Positions 27,810-41,193 of a DNA stretch of 64,000 bases are shown in pieces. The notes beneath the pieces are model-generated. The model saw nothing but the letters and a program-made list of their open reading frames with translations, was not told the origin of the DNA and ran no database searches. This DNA is from Eledone cirrhosa. Its lineage: Eukaryota. Location: the NCBI GenBank assembly GCA_964016885.1, contig OZ024744.1, positions 66,960,001 to 67,024,000 of the forward strand. Direction: 5' to 3'. Numbering within the stretch: the first letter of the stretch is position 1; each line of letters opens with the position of its first letter. Position numbers and translations under genes: made by a program.

Positions 27810-28015
27810 CTTCTGGTTTTATAATTTCACAAAGTTTTACCAATAGACAGAGAGTCGGTTTCTAACATAGACACACGACTCTCTCATTGGAATTTACACA
27901 ACATCAACTAGGTAGATATGTATGCATGCATGTGTAGATATGGATGTTATTGTATGTGTGGATGTGGATGTTTTGAGTTGTATGTGTGCATGTGTATATG
28001 CTTAGTATCTGTACA
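27810..28015 (-). mobile_element. Short 3'-UTR-only copy of the Dong-like element
   Basis: Matches 22771-22996 and again abuts (TATG)n. Confidence 0.8.
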
Positions 28016-28030
28016 ATTGGCACCATGTAA

Positions 28031-28620
28031 AATAGTTGTTTCTACTTTTGGCACAAGGCCAGCAAATTACCCAATACATTACTGGTACTTTATTTTATCG
28101 ACCCCTGTAAGGGGGAAAGGAAAATTTACCATGTAAAATACTGATAATAGAAACTGCCTTAATAACGAGAAAAATACACAACATCAGTGGTTTTCGGTCG
28201 GTGTGTTCCATTGTAGCACTGACAGGGCTTTACGACGCCCCACACTGTCGATGTACCCAAAGTTCGGTTATGTCTTCCACTCTTCCATCAGTACATTAAT
28301 GACATTTTTGTTGTTTCTTCTAACAACATACTGTCTTACGTAAATAATTGTTTCTACTTTTGGCACAAGGCCAGCAATTATCCCAGTACATTACTGGTAC
28401 TTTATTTTATCGACCCCATAAGGATGAAAGGCAAAGTTAACCTCGATGGAATTTGAACTCAGACCATAAAGGTGTCCTATAGTAATTGTTTCTACTTTTG
28501 GCACAAGGCCAGCAATTATCCCAGTACGTTAATGGTACTTTATTGTATCGACCCCCGTAAGGATGAAAGGCAAAGTTAACCTCGGCGGGATTTGTACTCA
28601 GACTATAAAGGGACGTAACG
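28031..28620 (-). mobile_element. Three partial SINE family 1 copies (28031-28128, 28343-28470, 28482-28620)
   Basis: TTGTTTCTACTTTTGGCACAAGGCCAGCAA..GGTACTTTATTTTATCGACCC. Confidence 0.8.
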
Positions 28621-28782
28621 TCAATAATATTACTTACTACTTTTATGCACCATACACATTAAATCAGTTACTCGACAACTCCACGAAAGACATACGCTAC
28701 CTTCATGAAAAGATAGCTCGGAAGTATTTGTTCTATCGGCACAGCTCGTACGGAAGGCAGGAAGACATAGTCAGTATATATA

Positions 28783-29318
28783 CAGTGTACCTCCCGCTTA
28801 TTCGCGGAATTTTCCTTAGAACCTAACTAATAATTGTTCGTGGAACTACCGCATTTTCGCGGAATCGTAAATATCTTCCGCGATTTTTAATAGCTTTTTT
28901 CGTGTCAATATATATTTTTGCGGTGGATTGGCAGTATCGGTAGAGAGTCGGACGCCATGCTTTTCAGCAAAGAGTTACGGCCCTTTATAATCTGAGTTCA
29001 AATCCCGTCGAGGTTAACTTTGCCTTTCATCCTCACAGGGTTGATGAAGTAAAGTACGAGTCACGCACTGAGGTCGATTTAATCGACTTTCCCCTCCCCC
29101 AAAATTATTGGCCTTGTGCCTATATAAGAAACCAATATATATTTTTGCGCGCTTTTTAACGGTAAATTATTAATAACAATATACCGCTTTGCGGGCTATA
29201 TTTTACGTTATGTTTTGACGTTTATTGACATTTTTATTGACCATGTCCAATATTCGCGGTTTATCACTCTTCGCAGTTGCTCTAATAACGTTAGCCCACG
29301 AATACCGGGAGACAACTG
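28783..29318. mobile_element. Tigger/pogo-like MITE with TA TSD and nested SINE (28919-29136)
   Basis: TA|CAGTGTACCTCCCGCTTATTCGCGG ... CCACGAATACCGGGAGACAACTG|TA. Confidence 0.7.
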
Positions 29319-29350
29319 TATATATATATATATATGTATATATATATGTA

Positions 29351-29440
<90 letters not shown>

Positions 29441-29444
<4 letters not shown>

Positions 29445-30395
29445 GTTGAAAAGGTAACACACCAGAGAGAGAGATACAGTGCGCTATCAATAAAACAGGG
29501 AAAAAAACCACCAGTCTATGGAATCTATAACCTATGAGAGGCAGACTATAGACACGATAATTAAAAATATAAATTAAAGCGTAAATAAATACCTCTATAA
29601 CTATATAACACACGTACAAATCCAAAGAGATCTGTTTCGCCAGTAATTTGTTGACAGAAAAGGAATAACCTCGGTTCCTCAGCGTATGTAAGGCTATACA
29701 TTTCAGACAACACTAAGAGAATTTTAAAAGTGACTGTCCAGCTACACGTGGGAGAGAGAAGTCACAGCGTGTTTAAGGGCAGTGAACCAGTGGCCTCTGA
29801 GGGATGAGCGGCTAGAAAGGGCAGCCCAAAACCACTCAGAGAAGTGTGCTCAACCAAACAGAGAGATAGGAAAGACTGTTATAAGGAGCGAAATATCGCG
29901 ATAAATTAACGGAGCCATAGGCCCTCGCCATTCCCTGTAAATAATGTGCTCAAAGGAGAAGAAATCCTGAGCTCTTTAAAATACAATATGTTGAAAAGGT
30001 AACACACCAGAGAGAGATATACAGTGCGCTATCAATAAAACAGGGAAAAAACCACGAGTGTATGGAATCTATAACCTATGAAAGGCAGACTATAGACAAA
30101 TTACTGGCGAAACAGATCTCTCTGTATTTGTACGTGTGTTATATAATTATAGAGGTATTTATTTACGCTTTAATTTATATTTTTAATTATCGTGTCTATA
30201 GTCTGCCTTTCATAGGTTATAGATTCCATACACTGGTGGTTTTTTTCCCTGTTTTATTGATAGCGCACTGTATATCTCTCTCTGGTGTGTTACCTTTTCA
30301 ACATATTGTATTTTAAAGAGCTCAGGATTTCTTCTCCTTTGAGCACATTATTTACAGAGAATGGCGAGGGCCTATGGCTCCGTTAATTTATCGTG

Positions 30396-30399
<4 letters not shown>
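29441..30399. mobile_element. Family I: ~545-nt monomer with ~110-bp direct repeat plus a ~300-bp inverted arm, degenerate HHR, in (TA)n
   Basis: Repeat starts 29441 and 29986; inversion near 30096; minus CUGAGGA (29676-29682)..GAAAC; plus GAAAC AGA UCUC UCU GUA at 30109. Confidence 0.72.
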
Positions 30400-30444
<45 letters not shown>

Positions 30445-30543
30445 AATGAAGTAATTCCGTCGGAAAAGTCCAGGAAAAAAGAGTGCTCTATGTAAGCAAC
30501 AGAGCTTAATTATTATTATGTAATAAACAACATAAGGCAATAA

Positions 30544-30603
30544 TTCCATTTACCAGTGGTTTCTTAAAAGCAAAAGGTTTTGCTTTCAATCCTCAGAACG
30601 GAA
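30544..30603 (-). ncRNA. Type I hammerhead (family S, copy 1)
   Basis: UUCCGUU CUGAGGA UUGAAAGCAAAA CC UUUUGCUUUUAA GAAAC CACUG GUA AAUGGAA. Confidence 0.85.
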
Positions 30604-30738
30604 AAAATCCTGGTTTGTTTATTGAATTTGGATCTTAAAAACAAAAAAAGCAAGCTATATGAAAGTGAGGCTGGAGAAGGAAGAAGGAAAGGAAAAAATA
30701 AAAACAAAATAAGACTACCCATACAACCACACATACAC

Positions 30739-30796
<58 letters not shown>

Positions 30797-31265
30797 ACAC
30801 ACACAGACACACACACACACACGCATGTGCATGCGCGCACGCACGCACGCGTATACAAATATAAATATATATATATTTCCCCCATACACATGTGTGTGCG
30901 TGCATGCGCGCATACGCGCAGGGTATGTTCTGTTGAAAGTGTCTCGTGAATTTATGGCTACAGTTGTATAGATTACACTTAGAAATTGTCCACAGAATTC
31001 CCTAAACCTTGGTCAATATACTAGAACCTTTAAGAATTTAGCTTTTAAGGAATCTCCCCTTCCTCCAAATCTATCTACCATGACTGACCCCATACTGATC
31101 TTACAGACACCTGTAAGCTAAAGAGAAAGCCAATGATAAGGATTGGCTCCAATCTGAATGCAGAAATCTGTCTGCCTTTGTTCCTCTAAGAACAAACATA
31201 TACAAACATTCATACATACACACACACACACACACACAAACATATCTACACACACACACGCATAC

Positions 31266-31300
<35 letters not shown>

Positions 31301-31677
31301 TACACACACACACATGCATATATACACACACATACACACACACAAAAGCACATATACATACGCACGAAATAGTCAACGCATTCACACACTCTCACACATA
31401 AAAATTTTTTTCAAATACAAGTACATAACGGCATACATACGCATACATGCATAACCACGCACAAGTGTACAATCTATACACACACACATGTGTATACAAC
31501 TATATGCACACACACACATATATGCATACACAAGCACATATATAATTACATAAATACAAACGTACACACACACACATATATATACACACACGTACACATA
31601 CAAACACATATACATACATAGCTAAACAATTATACACATACAAATACGTATATATCATAAACACGCACAACAGAACA

Positions 31678-31729
<52 letters not shown>

Positions 31730-31800
31730 TATACAATTATCAATATATACACACGCACATATGTACACACACACATATATACACACACACACATATACAT

Positions 31801-31836
<36 letters not shown>

Positions 31837-32019
31837 CTATATATACATATACATGCATATACACATATACACACATACACAACCACGCCCACACACATGC
31901 ATACGCATACACACACGTAAATGTGTGTGTGTATGTAAAACTCAATCTTAGATAAACCATAAGGACCTTACATAACCGTATATATAGTAGTAAAGTATTA
32001 AAGCAACATAAGGCAATTA

Positions 32020-32079
32020 TTCCATTTACCAAGGGTTTCTTAAAAGCAAACAAATTTTTCCTACAATCTTCAGGATGAG
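32020..32079 (-). ncRNA. Decayed hammerhead (family S, copy 2)
   Basis: UCAUC CUGAAGA UUGUAGG..GCUUUUAA GAAAC CCUUG GUA AAUGGA; flanks match 30500-30615. Confidence 0.6.
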
Positions 32080-32211
32080 AGAAACCTGGCTTATCCACAC
32101 ATACACATATATACACACACACACAAATACATACATATAAAAATACATACACACAGGCACACACACACATACGTATAAATTTATATACATACACACATAC
32201 ACACACATATC

Positions 32212-32286
<75 letters not shown>

Positions 32287-32476
32287 ATACACACAAATAT
32301 ACACACACATACACATAGGTATGTGGAGGGCAAGGCAAAAAGAATATATGTGGGGGCCGCATAGGAGAAGGTAAAATATAAGGGGAGGTAAGGGAGAAAA
32401 AATATATAATAAATGTAGGTATACAAGAGTACAGAACATAGAAACAGTAAAATAAAATATATATATATATATATAT

Positions 32477-32636
32477 ATAGGAACGAGTAGGACCCCGACG
32501 GCTGAGCTCAAGCCGTTTCGACGGCTAATTCTCACCCGTCGGGGTCCTACTCGTTCCTATTACTCACTCTACTACCCTAAGTATTGAGTACTTTGGTGCG
32601 TTATGGTCCACCTGGTTCCTTACCACATTTCCTTCG

Positions 32637-32640
<4 letters not shown>
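32477..32640. mobile_element. Small fold-back element, family J, with the 3' half of an HHR, in (TA)n
   Basis: 25-bp inverted repeat 32477-32560; minus strand CCCC GACGG..CCGUC GAAAC GGCU..AGCC GUC GGGG but no CUGANGA. Confidence 0.6.
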
Positions 32641-32686
<46 letters not shown>

Positions 32687-33054
32687 CAATAATATATAAA
32701 TAAAGATATTAAAGTTGGTGCAAAGTATCTCCGACGATCTCTCAAATATAACATTGTCAAAATCATATTACGAGAATCATGTTTACTCCTCGGCACCAGA
32801 AAAATACTTCGGTTTCAACCAGTTGATGACCTACGAAACTAAAAGGCGATCCACACCAGAGTCAGTACGGCTCACGTATCTATAAATATCACATCTCCTC
32901 ACTCCACCCCACCTCACCCTAGAAGTGATAATCACTCAAAACGTCGTGTTAATGTATGACATTTGGTAGGCACATACAGAGTGTTGAAAGATGCTGAAAT
33001 AATAGGGTTAAATGAGAGAGAATCACTTTAATCTTCAAATGCTAAAGAAACAGC

Positions 33055-33155
<101 letters not shown>

Positions 33156-33289
33156 AACTACACACAAACACATCCATAATCTAAAACCTTAACTGCAATA
33201 ATAAGACAGGTGATAAATAATTACCTGAAAAAAAAAAAAAAAAAAAACTTCAAGAACGGAAGAGAGACACTGATTGTAAAGGCTTACAT

Positions 33290-33872
33290 CAGAGATTCTC
33301 AAAATGGACGCTACCGGCTCTCGGGGATGGGGGGAGAGGGCTTGAAAAGGTCCAGGGAGCACTGGGGCCTATGGGGGTGGTGTGGTGGTGGTGGTGGGGG
33401 TAGAGATGATATAACAGTATATTAAATATCAAATGATACATATTATATATGGCAGTATCGGTAGAGGGTCGGACGCCATGCTTTCCAGCATAGTTACGTC
33501 CCTTTACGATCTGAGTTCAAATCCCGCCGAGGTTGACTTTGCCTTTCATCCTTACGGGGTCGATAAAATAAAGTACCAGTAATGCACTGGGTAATTGCTG
33601 GCCTTGTGCCTAAAGTAGAAACAATTATATATAAATATTAGCGTCCGAAACGTTAAGACCCTATTCCTGCTATATCAAGCGTTAACCTAATATATCCCTT
33701 CCATATACTGTACCGATTGTGTTGTTATTTCTGTTTACCTTTTACATACATATATATATAAATTACAGAATAATCAAAACTATGTTCAAAACATTTTATT
33801 GCTGACAATCGTTTCTTCCAAACTTTCGTTTAGATTCATCGGAGCACTAGCAAGGTTTAGACATATAATTAA

Positions 33873-33923
<51 letters not shown>

Positions 33924-34072
33924 AAGTAAAAAATATATAATATTTATTTATACATAGTGTATATTATATTATTTATTATATATAAATTAACGAAGGCAGG
34001 TCTCTCTTGAAATAAGGTTGGGGACGCTGACCGTGAGGGGGAGCGGTGGCCCAAAACATTTGAGAACCTCTG
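33290..34072. mobile_element. hAT (Charlie-like) MITE with perfect 8-bp TSD; contains a SINE (33450-33628) and an HHR unit
   Basis: GCTTACAT|CAGAGATTCTCAAA ... TTTGAGAACCTCTG|GCTTACAT. Confidence 0.85.
33800..33846 (-). ncRNA. Type I hammerhead with variant core CCGAUGA (family P)
   Basis: UGCU CCGAUGA A UCUAAAC GAAA GUUUGGA A GAAAC GAUU GUC AGCA. Confidence 0.68.
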
Positions 34073-34314
34073 GCTTACATGATCAACCTGATTAAGAAAA
34101 CCAAATGAGTCTGAGCACACCATGGATTGACTCCTAGAAGGTATTTTAAGACATTAGCTATGAGTAAATAAAGTAGCACCAATTTTTAAGCAGCTACATC
34201 AAATGTATCATAGATAAATTGCAAACAATTCAGAAAATATAAACCAGCGATGAATTCTGAAAATAGATTCCGTCTTCTATGAGGAGAATATTCCAAAGGG
34301 AATCCCCATCTGTG

Positions 34315-34432
34315 AAGGTGCGTGGCATAGTCGTTAAGATATTGGACTTACGATCATAATGTCGTGGGTTCGATTCCTGGACCCGGTTGTGTGTTGTGTT
34401 TTTGAGCAAAAACACTTCATTTCGCACTGTTC
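34315..34432 (+). mobile_element. SINE family 2 (5' part)
   Basis: GGTGCGTGGCATAGTCGTTAAG..GGTTCGATTCC..TTGAGCAAAAACAC. Confidence 0.7.
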
Positions 34433-34852
34433 CAGTGTTCCAGTGTTATAAAGGTGTGGCACTCGTCCATTGTTATCGTGGTGGTGTGAGACACATCTGT
34501 TGTGTATATATGTACGAAAGTCTTTAGAATCCTTCTCTGCTATTTGTCGTTAACTACTTAACCAAAATGCTAAACAATGCTATTCGGTGATACTCAGATA
34601 TTTCATGAAAGTAACCACATATTTTTGCACATATAACAAAATCTGAAGAATAAATTAGAATCTCAGAGAGTAACTGCAGAATAAAGATTTGCAACGAATA
34701 GTTTCTGTGAATATATGTCTTATTCAGTTTGTTTTAGCCATATACAGAGAAAACAGAAGATTTATATTGAATAATGGATAACTGGGTTTATGAATATCAC
34801 ATCTACTTCTAATAATTAATAAAGTGCATTTTACTTTTATCCATTTTACTTA

Positions 34853-34936
<84 letters not shown>

Positions 34937-35114
34937 ATCTATCTCTTTCTCTTTCTCTTACTCTCTCTCTCTCTCTTTCTCTCTCTTAGTGTGTGTCCCC
35001 CATTTTCTATATCTCACTATTTCTCTTCCTTTCAGCTTTTCTCTCTCGTATTCTGTTACACCTTTCTCTCATCTATTCACTTTATTCTTTTTTCTCTCAT
35101 CCCCTCTCTGTCCC

Positions 35115-35214
<100 letters not shown>

Positions 35215-35362
35215 CTGATCACTTTTGTCTCTTACTTTTCCCCCTCATTTTCTCTCTCTTTCTTTCATCTTCTCTCTCTCTGTCTATCTCCCTTCCCCAC
35301 TCTCCCTCTCTCCCTCTCTTTCTCTCTCTAGTGGTTCAGCAAATAGAGATCGATTTAAATAA

Positions 35363-36017
35363 CCGACTGGAATATATTGCCCCAGTATGGCCAAAAATAT
35401 AATAAGTAACAGATTGAAATATATTGCTCCAGTATGGCCGCAGATATAGTACCAGATTGAAATCGATTGCTCCAGTATGACCACAGATATAATAACAGAT
35501 TGAAATAGATTGCCCCAGTATGGCCACAGATATAAAACGGATTGAAATCGATTGCTCCAGTATGACCACAGATATAATAACAGATTGAAATAGATTGCCC
35601 CAGTATGGCCACAGATATAAAACGGATTGAAATAGATTGCTCCAGTATGACCACAGATATAACATAGAAATAGATTGCCCCAGTATGGCCACATATATAG
35701 TAGCAGATTGAAATAGATTGCTCCAGTAAGGCCTCAGATATAATAACAGGTTGGAATAGATTGCCCCAGAATGGCCACAGATATAACATATTGAAATAGA
35801 TTGCTCCAGTATCACCACATATATAGTTACAGATTAAAATAGATTGCCCCAGTTTGGCCACAGATGTAATCACAGACTGAAATAAATCGCTTCAGTATGA
35901 CCATAGATATAAAACAGGTTGAAATAGATTGCTCCAGTATGGCCACAGATATAATGACCAGGTATGACCATAGATATAAAACAGATTGAAATACATTGCT
36001 CCAGTAATGGCCACAGA
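35363..36017 (+). repeat. Minisatellite, ~43-bp unit, about 15 copies
   Basis: ACAGATTGAAATAGATTGCYCCAGTATGRCCACAGATATAATA. Confidence 0.92.
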
Positions 36018-36059
36018 CGACTCCAATGACAGAAGCCAGTAAAAAATATGATTCATTTT

Positions 36060-36900
36060 GATTGCTTTTGTGTATTTGCCCCTTCGAGTGTGTTCAGAAT
36101 CTTCATGAACAGGATTGATATGTCCAGTCGAGTTGGAAATATTTTCAGGGCTGGCAAGTGTAGGATCAGGCGGCTGGAATATGCCGACGACGTTTTACTA
36201 TTTAACTCATCAGAAGGTGATCTCCGACATGCACATAAAACGTTTGCTGCTGAGTGTTGTTGTACGGCAGGTACAACACTCGGAATATCAGTGCTGCAAA
36301 GACTGAGACATTTATCCTCTTAAGGAAACCTGTGAGTAGCGTTCCACTGAAGCAGGTGGAGAAGTACAAGTATTTCAGGGCCATGTTTACGAGTGGTGGA
36401 AGGCAGGAGGCTGAATTAAACGCAATAATTGCCGGAGCAGATGCAGTAATTCAACCATCAGAAGAAGGAAGGTAGGTGTAAAATCCAAACTCGCTATCTT
36501 CAATTCGGTATTTGTGCCAACCCTTACCTATGGTCATGAATCTTGGGTAATGACTAAAAGAATACAATCACGAATAAAATCGTTCGAAACGGGGCTCCTC
36601 CAAGGGTCTTTGGAGTAACGTTACTCAATAGAGTGCAGAGCTTGGAGGAGATCTGAGAGTCATTTCGGGTAGAACCGCTACTTCTCTGAATTGAGAGATC
36701 ACAACTCCGATACTATGGGCATGTGGTTAGAATGTCTCAGGAAAGAATTGCTAGATAGGTTTTACGGGCAAAAACCAACCGACTGGAGACACAGGGGTAG
36801 ACTACGAGCAAGATGGTTGTGGATAACATCCATGAGCTTGGCTGGTCATGCTTGGGGATCCAGCCGGATCAATTGGATGAGGCTTGCTTGAGGACTCTGC
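36060..36900 (+). mobile_element. Decayed RTE-clade LINE 3' portion
   Basis: LEYADD, QVEKYKYF, FNSVFVPTLTYGHESWVMT, RGRLRARW. Confidence 0.75.
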
Positions 36901-37118
36901 TCCACCTCCCTCCTAGGATTAAGAAGATAATTAAGCTAGCTTTGTAAATATTTGTAATGTTATACAAATGAATAATAAAAAAAATTATGTTAAAATATCA
37001 CTTACACACCAAATATACGTAGTTTAATGTGTGTGTGTGTACCTATGCTAAAGCGAGAATTTAATGTTATAGTATGTATATACATGCACACACACACACA
37101 GATAGACACACACAGATA

Positions 37119-37228
<110 letters not shown>

Positions 37229-37405
37229 CATATATAAACATATATATATATTTATTAAAATAACAGTTTAAAGTTTAAAGAATCGCTGCTTTCACCCTTA
37301 ACAGGATCTTCTGAAACTAAAGAAACCAACCTGTGAACGCAGAAGTAAATATTTCGAAAAACGTTGCAACCGAAGGAAGACAGGAAGACGATACTTTGGT
37401 TCGTG

Positions 37406-38330
37406 ACCTCTCCATACAGGTTGAGGCCAACCTCTCGGTCGTTAATTACCTCGACGTTACCATCAATTTGTCGAATGGCTTGCACTACCCGTATAGAAAG
37501 CCGAATGATACGCTTAATTACATAAACAAGCATTCTAACCATCTTGCCAGCATAACCAAGAAACTGGTAAGAAACGTTTCTTTGAGGCTTTCCCGTCTAT
37601 CTACAAACGAGCATATTTTCACCGACCATTCCACATATTACAATGAAGCTCTTGCTCGGAGTGGATTTGTCGATAAGGTAGCATATATCGAGTATGAGCA
37701 TAGACCGAGGAAAACTAGATCCCGACGCATTATATGGTATAACCCACCATATAATATGGAGGTGGCCACACCATTATGAAGCATTTCCCACTAGCACATA
37801 AATATAATAAGATTTTTAATAGAAATACCATTAAAATTTCTTACTCTACGACTCCTAACCTTGCACATAACATCACTGCTTCAAATTTAGCTAAATTACC
37901 TAGCCGTAAGAACACGTGTAACCCTGTAGCTAGTACTAACTGTAATTGTAGGAATCGGGTTGACTGCCCCCTATCCGAGAAATGCCTCTCCAGTAACATT
38001 GTCTACAAATGTAAGGTTGAAAAACCCACGTCCCGTAGGGCCTACATAGGGTTAACCGCCAATAGATTCAAGCAGCGTCTTTACATGCATACCCATTCTT
38101 TTCTTAACCCTTTAAGAAGGAATATGACGTCACTTTGAGCTTATATCTGGAGTCTAAAAGACAACTACACCCAATATTGGTTACACTGGGAGATCCTAGC
38201 TAAGGCCAGATCGCCGCTGAAGCCATGGAAATACTATATGCCAATGACCACATCTTAAACAAAAATTCTGAGGCAATTTCGGCTTGTAAACATAAATTGC
38301 ATAAAACTTTCCTGTATTACAACCCCACAT
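37406..38330 (+). pseudogene. PLE RT thumb + linker + GIY-YIG endonuclease, frameshifted
   Basis: YLDVTINL, YINKHSNH, WYNPPY, IFNRNTIKISYS, CNCRNRVDCPL, IVYKC..YIGLT. Confidence 0.85.
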
Positions 38331-38743
38331 TATACCCTAACGGATAGTGCGAACAATACGCGGATAATTTACGTCTTGATGTGGTAGCTAAGTATATTTT
38401 ATGTTTATACCATTACTTATTTGTATAGGTAAGTATATATTACCTGTATGTTTTGTGAAGGTACGTATACTTTCTCGTACGTATATTTGCTTGTATTTGT
38501 TATAGGTGAATATATTATATTATACATACTGCTACATGTGTATATGGTTATGTGTATACGTGTATTTTGCGTTTGTGTGTGTATGCGGGTTTGCACGTAT
38601 GTAGGGCGTGTGTATATGCGTACTTTGTGTTTTGGTTGACGTACGTTTAGCGAACATATGTGTATTTACCTGTAGGTATGTGTGCGCGCACGTTATATAC
38701 GTATTTATGTGTGTATATTTATATACGTTTATATAATTATATG

Positions 38744-38834
<91 letters not shown>

Positions 38835-39189
38835 CCGCGGGCACAGGTATTGCGCGGATTTTTGTATGTGTGTGCGTGTTTTTGTGTACGTGCTTGTATA
38901 TGAATACCCATGGCGGGTGTTTTCGCGTATGCATGTGTATGTACGTATATGGATGCGTATATATGTGTCTGTACGTATATGGGTACGTATATGGATGCGT
39001 ATATGGATGCATGTATATATTTAATTAATGTTGATTTCAATAACCTCTGTAATTTATTTACATTATTCTTAAATCTGAAGCCGAGAATCATTCGGTTTCC
39101 TAAATAGAATTTTACTTAGAATATCTTAATACAGAAAGAACGGAAAAAAGCGAAGATAATACGTCGTTAGATGGATATATTGTTGTCAT

Positions 39190-40808
39190 ATTTACAACAA
39201 TGATACGCGATGTGGCTCACCCACAGCCCCGGTGGAGAGAATGGAGAAGGCGTTTCCCCGGAGGACGGCAAGGGAGACGCGCTGGAAAAGCCACTCCAAC
39301 TCACGGGGCTCACATCTGCGGCTGGCCAGCTCAGTGCCTATGGTGGTGAGTAAGGAGTAGCCCTGGTGCCGAGGACACCACAACTCTCCACTGCTAGGGG
39401 TACGACCACAAACCTGTCGGAGAGCGACCGGTATTTGAGGAGTTTCGCCTCGTCAGCCCGACGTGCAGCAGAACCTGGGTCAGTCGCAGACTGCACCAGG
39501 TTGCGGCTGCAGAAAGTGTTGGTGCAAGTGGCATCCCAGACGAGGGGTTTGCCACCGCGGAACGGGGGGATGGTCATGCCATCTGGCCTTTTACCGTTCC
39601 CTCGATCCAGCCCCACCGGCTCGAGCTGGGAAGGGAAGCCTGCAGCGTCCAAGCCCTGCTTAATGACCTCGTTGAGGACAGCATGGCGTGGAATGCTGCC
39701 GGCACTGTGGCGACAGGAAAGCGGGTGGAGGCCGAAAGAGTCCACGGTGGAACCGCAGCGACATTGGTGTGTCTGGCAGATCCGGAGGCCGAGCCTCAGG
39801 GAAACGCAGATTCGCAGGCTATGGTTGTCTAGCTGCGTGCCAGTGGAGAAGGAGGGCAGGGCATGTAGCCAGGTACCACTGTGGGGTTTGGAGACCACAC
39901 GGAAACAAGCAAGGCGCTGCTGGTCGAGGTGGCGCGTGAGCCTGTCTGAGGCCAGGTTGCACTGGATGGCACCCCAAGTGCGTTGGCGGGACTTGACGTC
40001 AACAGGGGGAAAAGGAGGAGGGACGTCTACTGGGTTAAGTCCCAGCCGGACCCACGTCTCCCAGGCGGCCTGACGTTCTCTGAACACAGAGTGTTCTGTG
40101 GTGTTTTGAAGATACGCCGGCAAAGCTAGTGAGATCGGGGACCGGAGGCCAAGGCTGCCATACCTGAGAGGTAAAGTCGCCTGTTGTCACGCTATGTCGT
40201 CAAACTTGACGTTGCATATCTCTTCGGCTGCTGCTTGGATACAAGTATCGAGGTTAGCGAGGAGAGATGTCTGGGTGTAGCAGGGAGCGTTGCGGAGGGT
40301 ATAGAGGAGCTTCGGCATGGCGAAGCAGTTCCTCAGCAGAAAGAGAGCTGGGTGGCCGTCAATCAAGCCTAGTCGGCTCATGAGAGTCTGGAGTTGTTGA
40401 AGCCTGGACCCGATGGTGGAGCGGATGGCCGGCGGGTGGATCGGTGACTCGAGGATGAGGACATCCTCTTTGGCGGTCACCTGAACCTAGTGGAGAATGG
40501 ACCGCACCTCCAAGACGGAGGCTGCAAAGCTCGAAACATCCAGACTGACATTCACCACCTCCGACTTAGCTGAGTTGACCTGGAGGCCGATTCCTGCCAG
40601 GGCAGGAACCACCGATTGAAGGTCATGGCAGACCGTCCGTACGGGCCCGCCCAACGTAGCATCATCCAGATACCAAACGTTGAGAGGGGCCGTGATACTC
40701 CGGGCGATGTGGTCAATATCAAGGGCGAAGAGGAGGGTCCCAAACGGTCGCCCTGTTGGACCCCAGTAGCCGAGGGTATGACCGTATCAGCAGCAAGGAG
40801 CATGCTCG
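39190..40808 (-). mobile_element. CRE-like non-LTR retrotransposon, 5'-truncated (RT end + Zn finger + restriction-like endonuclease)
   Basis: GVQQGD.LGP, WYLDD, WLHALP, CRCG..HPLSC, KRPDG..WDATC, K..KY..PLAVE..G, FQRVSLAVLRGNA. Confidence 0.85.
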
Positions 40809-41063
40809 ACCATAAACGTGGTTTTGTCTTTGCGTGTAATTGTTCTCACCGATCCACATAATGACGTATTATCTTCGTTTTTTTTATCGTTCATTGCCAA
40901 GGAACGTCTTCACGAACCACCTAAATAGAATATTAGTCCACGACTTCATTTATACCATAAACGTGGTTTTGTCTTTGCGTGTAATTGTTTTCACCGCTCC
41001 AAATAATGACATATTAATCTTCGTTTTTTTTCCGTTCTTTGCCAGGGAACTTTTCCACGAACC
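40809..41063 (+). repeat. Tandem duplication, 145-bp period, in the PLE 3' region
   Basis: ACCATAAACGTGGTTTTGTCTTTGCG at 40809 and 40954. Confidence 0.8.
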
Positions 41064-41142
41064 AAAGTATCGTCTTCCTGTCTTCCTTCGGTTGCAACGT
41101 TTTTTGAAATATTTACTTCTGCGTTCACAGACTGATTTTTTT

Positions 41143-41193
41143 AGTTTCAGAAGATCCCGTTAAGGGTGAAAGCAGCGATTCATTGCTTAAACT
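41143..41193 (+). ncRNA. Type I hammerhead with variant core CAGAAGA (family G)
   Basis: AGUUU CAGAAGA UCCC GUUAA GGGU GAA AGCAG CGAUUCA UUGCU U AAACU; same core at 17443 and 37272-37318. Confidence 0.65.

Noticed and set aside
32795-32875. TTGATGA..GAAAC and reverse-strand GAAAC CGAA GTA as hammerheads
   Set aside because: No pairing stems and no intact CUGANGA on either strand.
34638-34730. CTGAAGA as a hammerhead core
   Set aside because: No downstream GAAA closing a stem II.
35363-36017. CRISPR-like array
   Set aside because: Contiguous tandem units with no unique spacers, no cas genes, eukaryotic context. The same applies to 58745-59092.
39366-40073. 235-aa plus-strand ORF (and similar antisense ORFs over RTE and Helitron)
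   Set aside because: Shadow ORFs opposite GC-rich transposon coding sequence.
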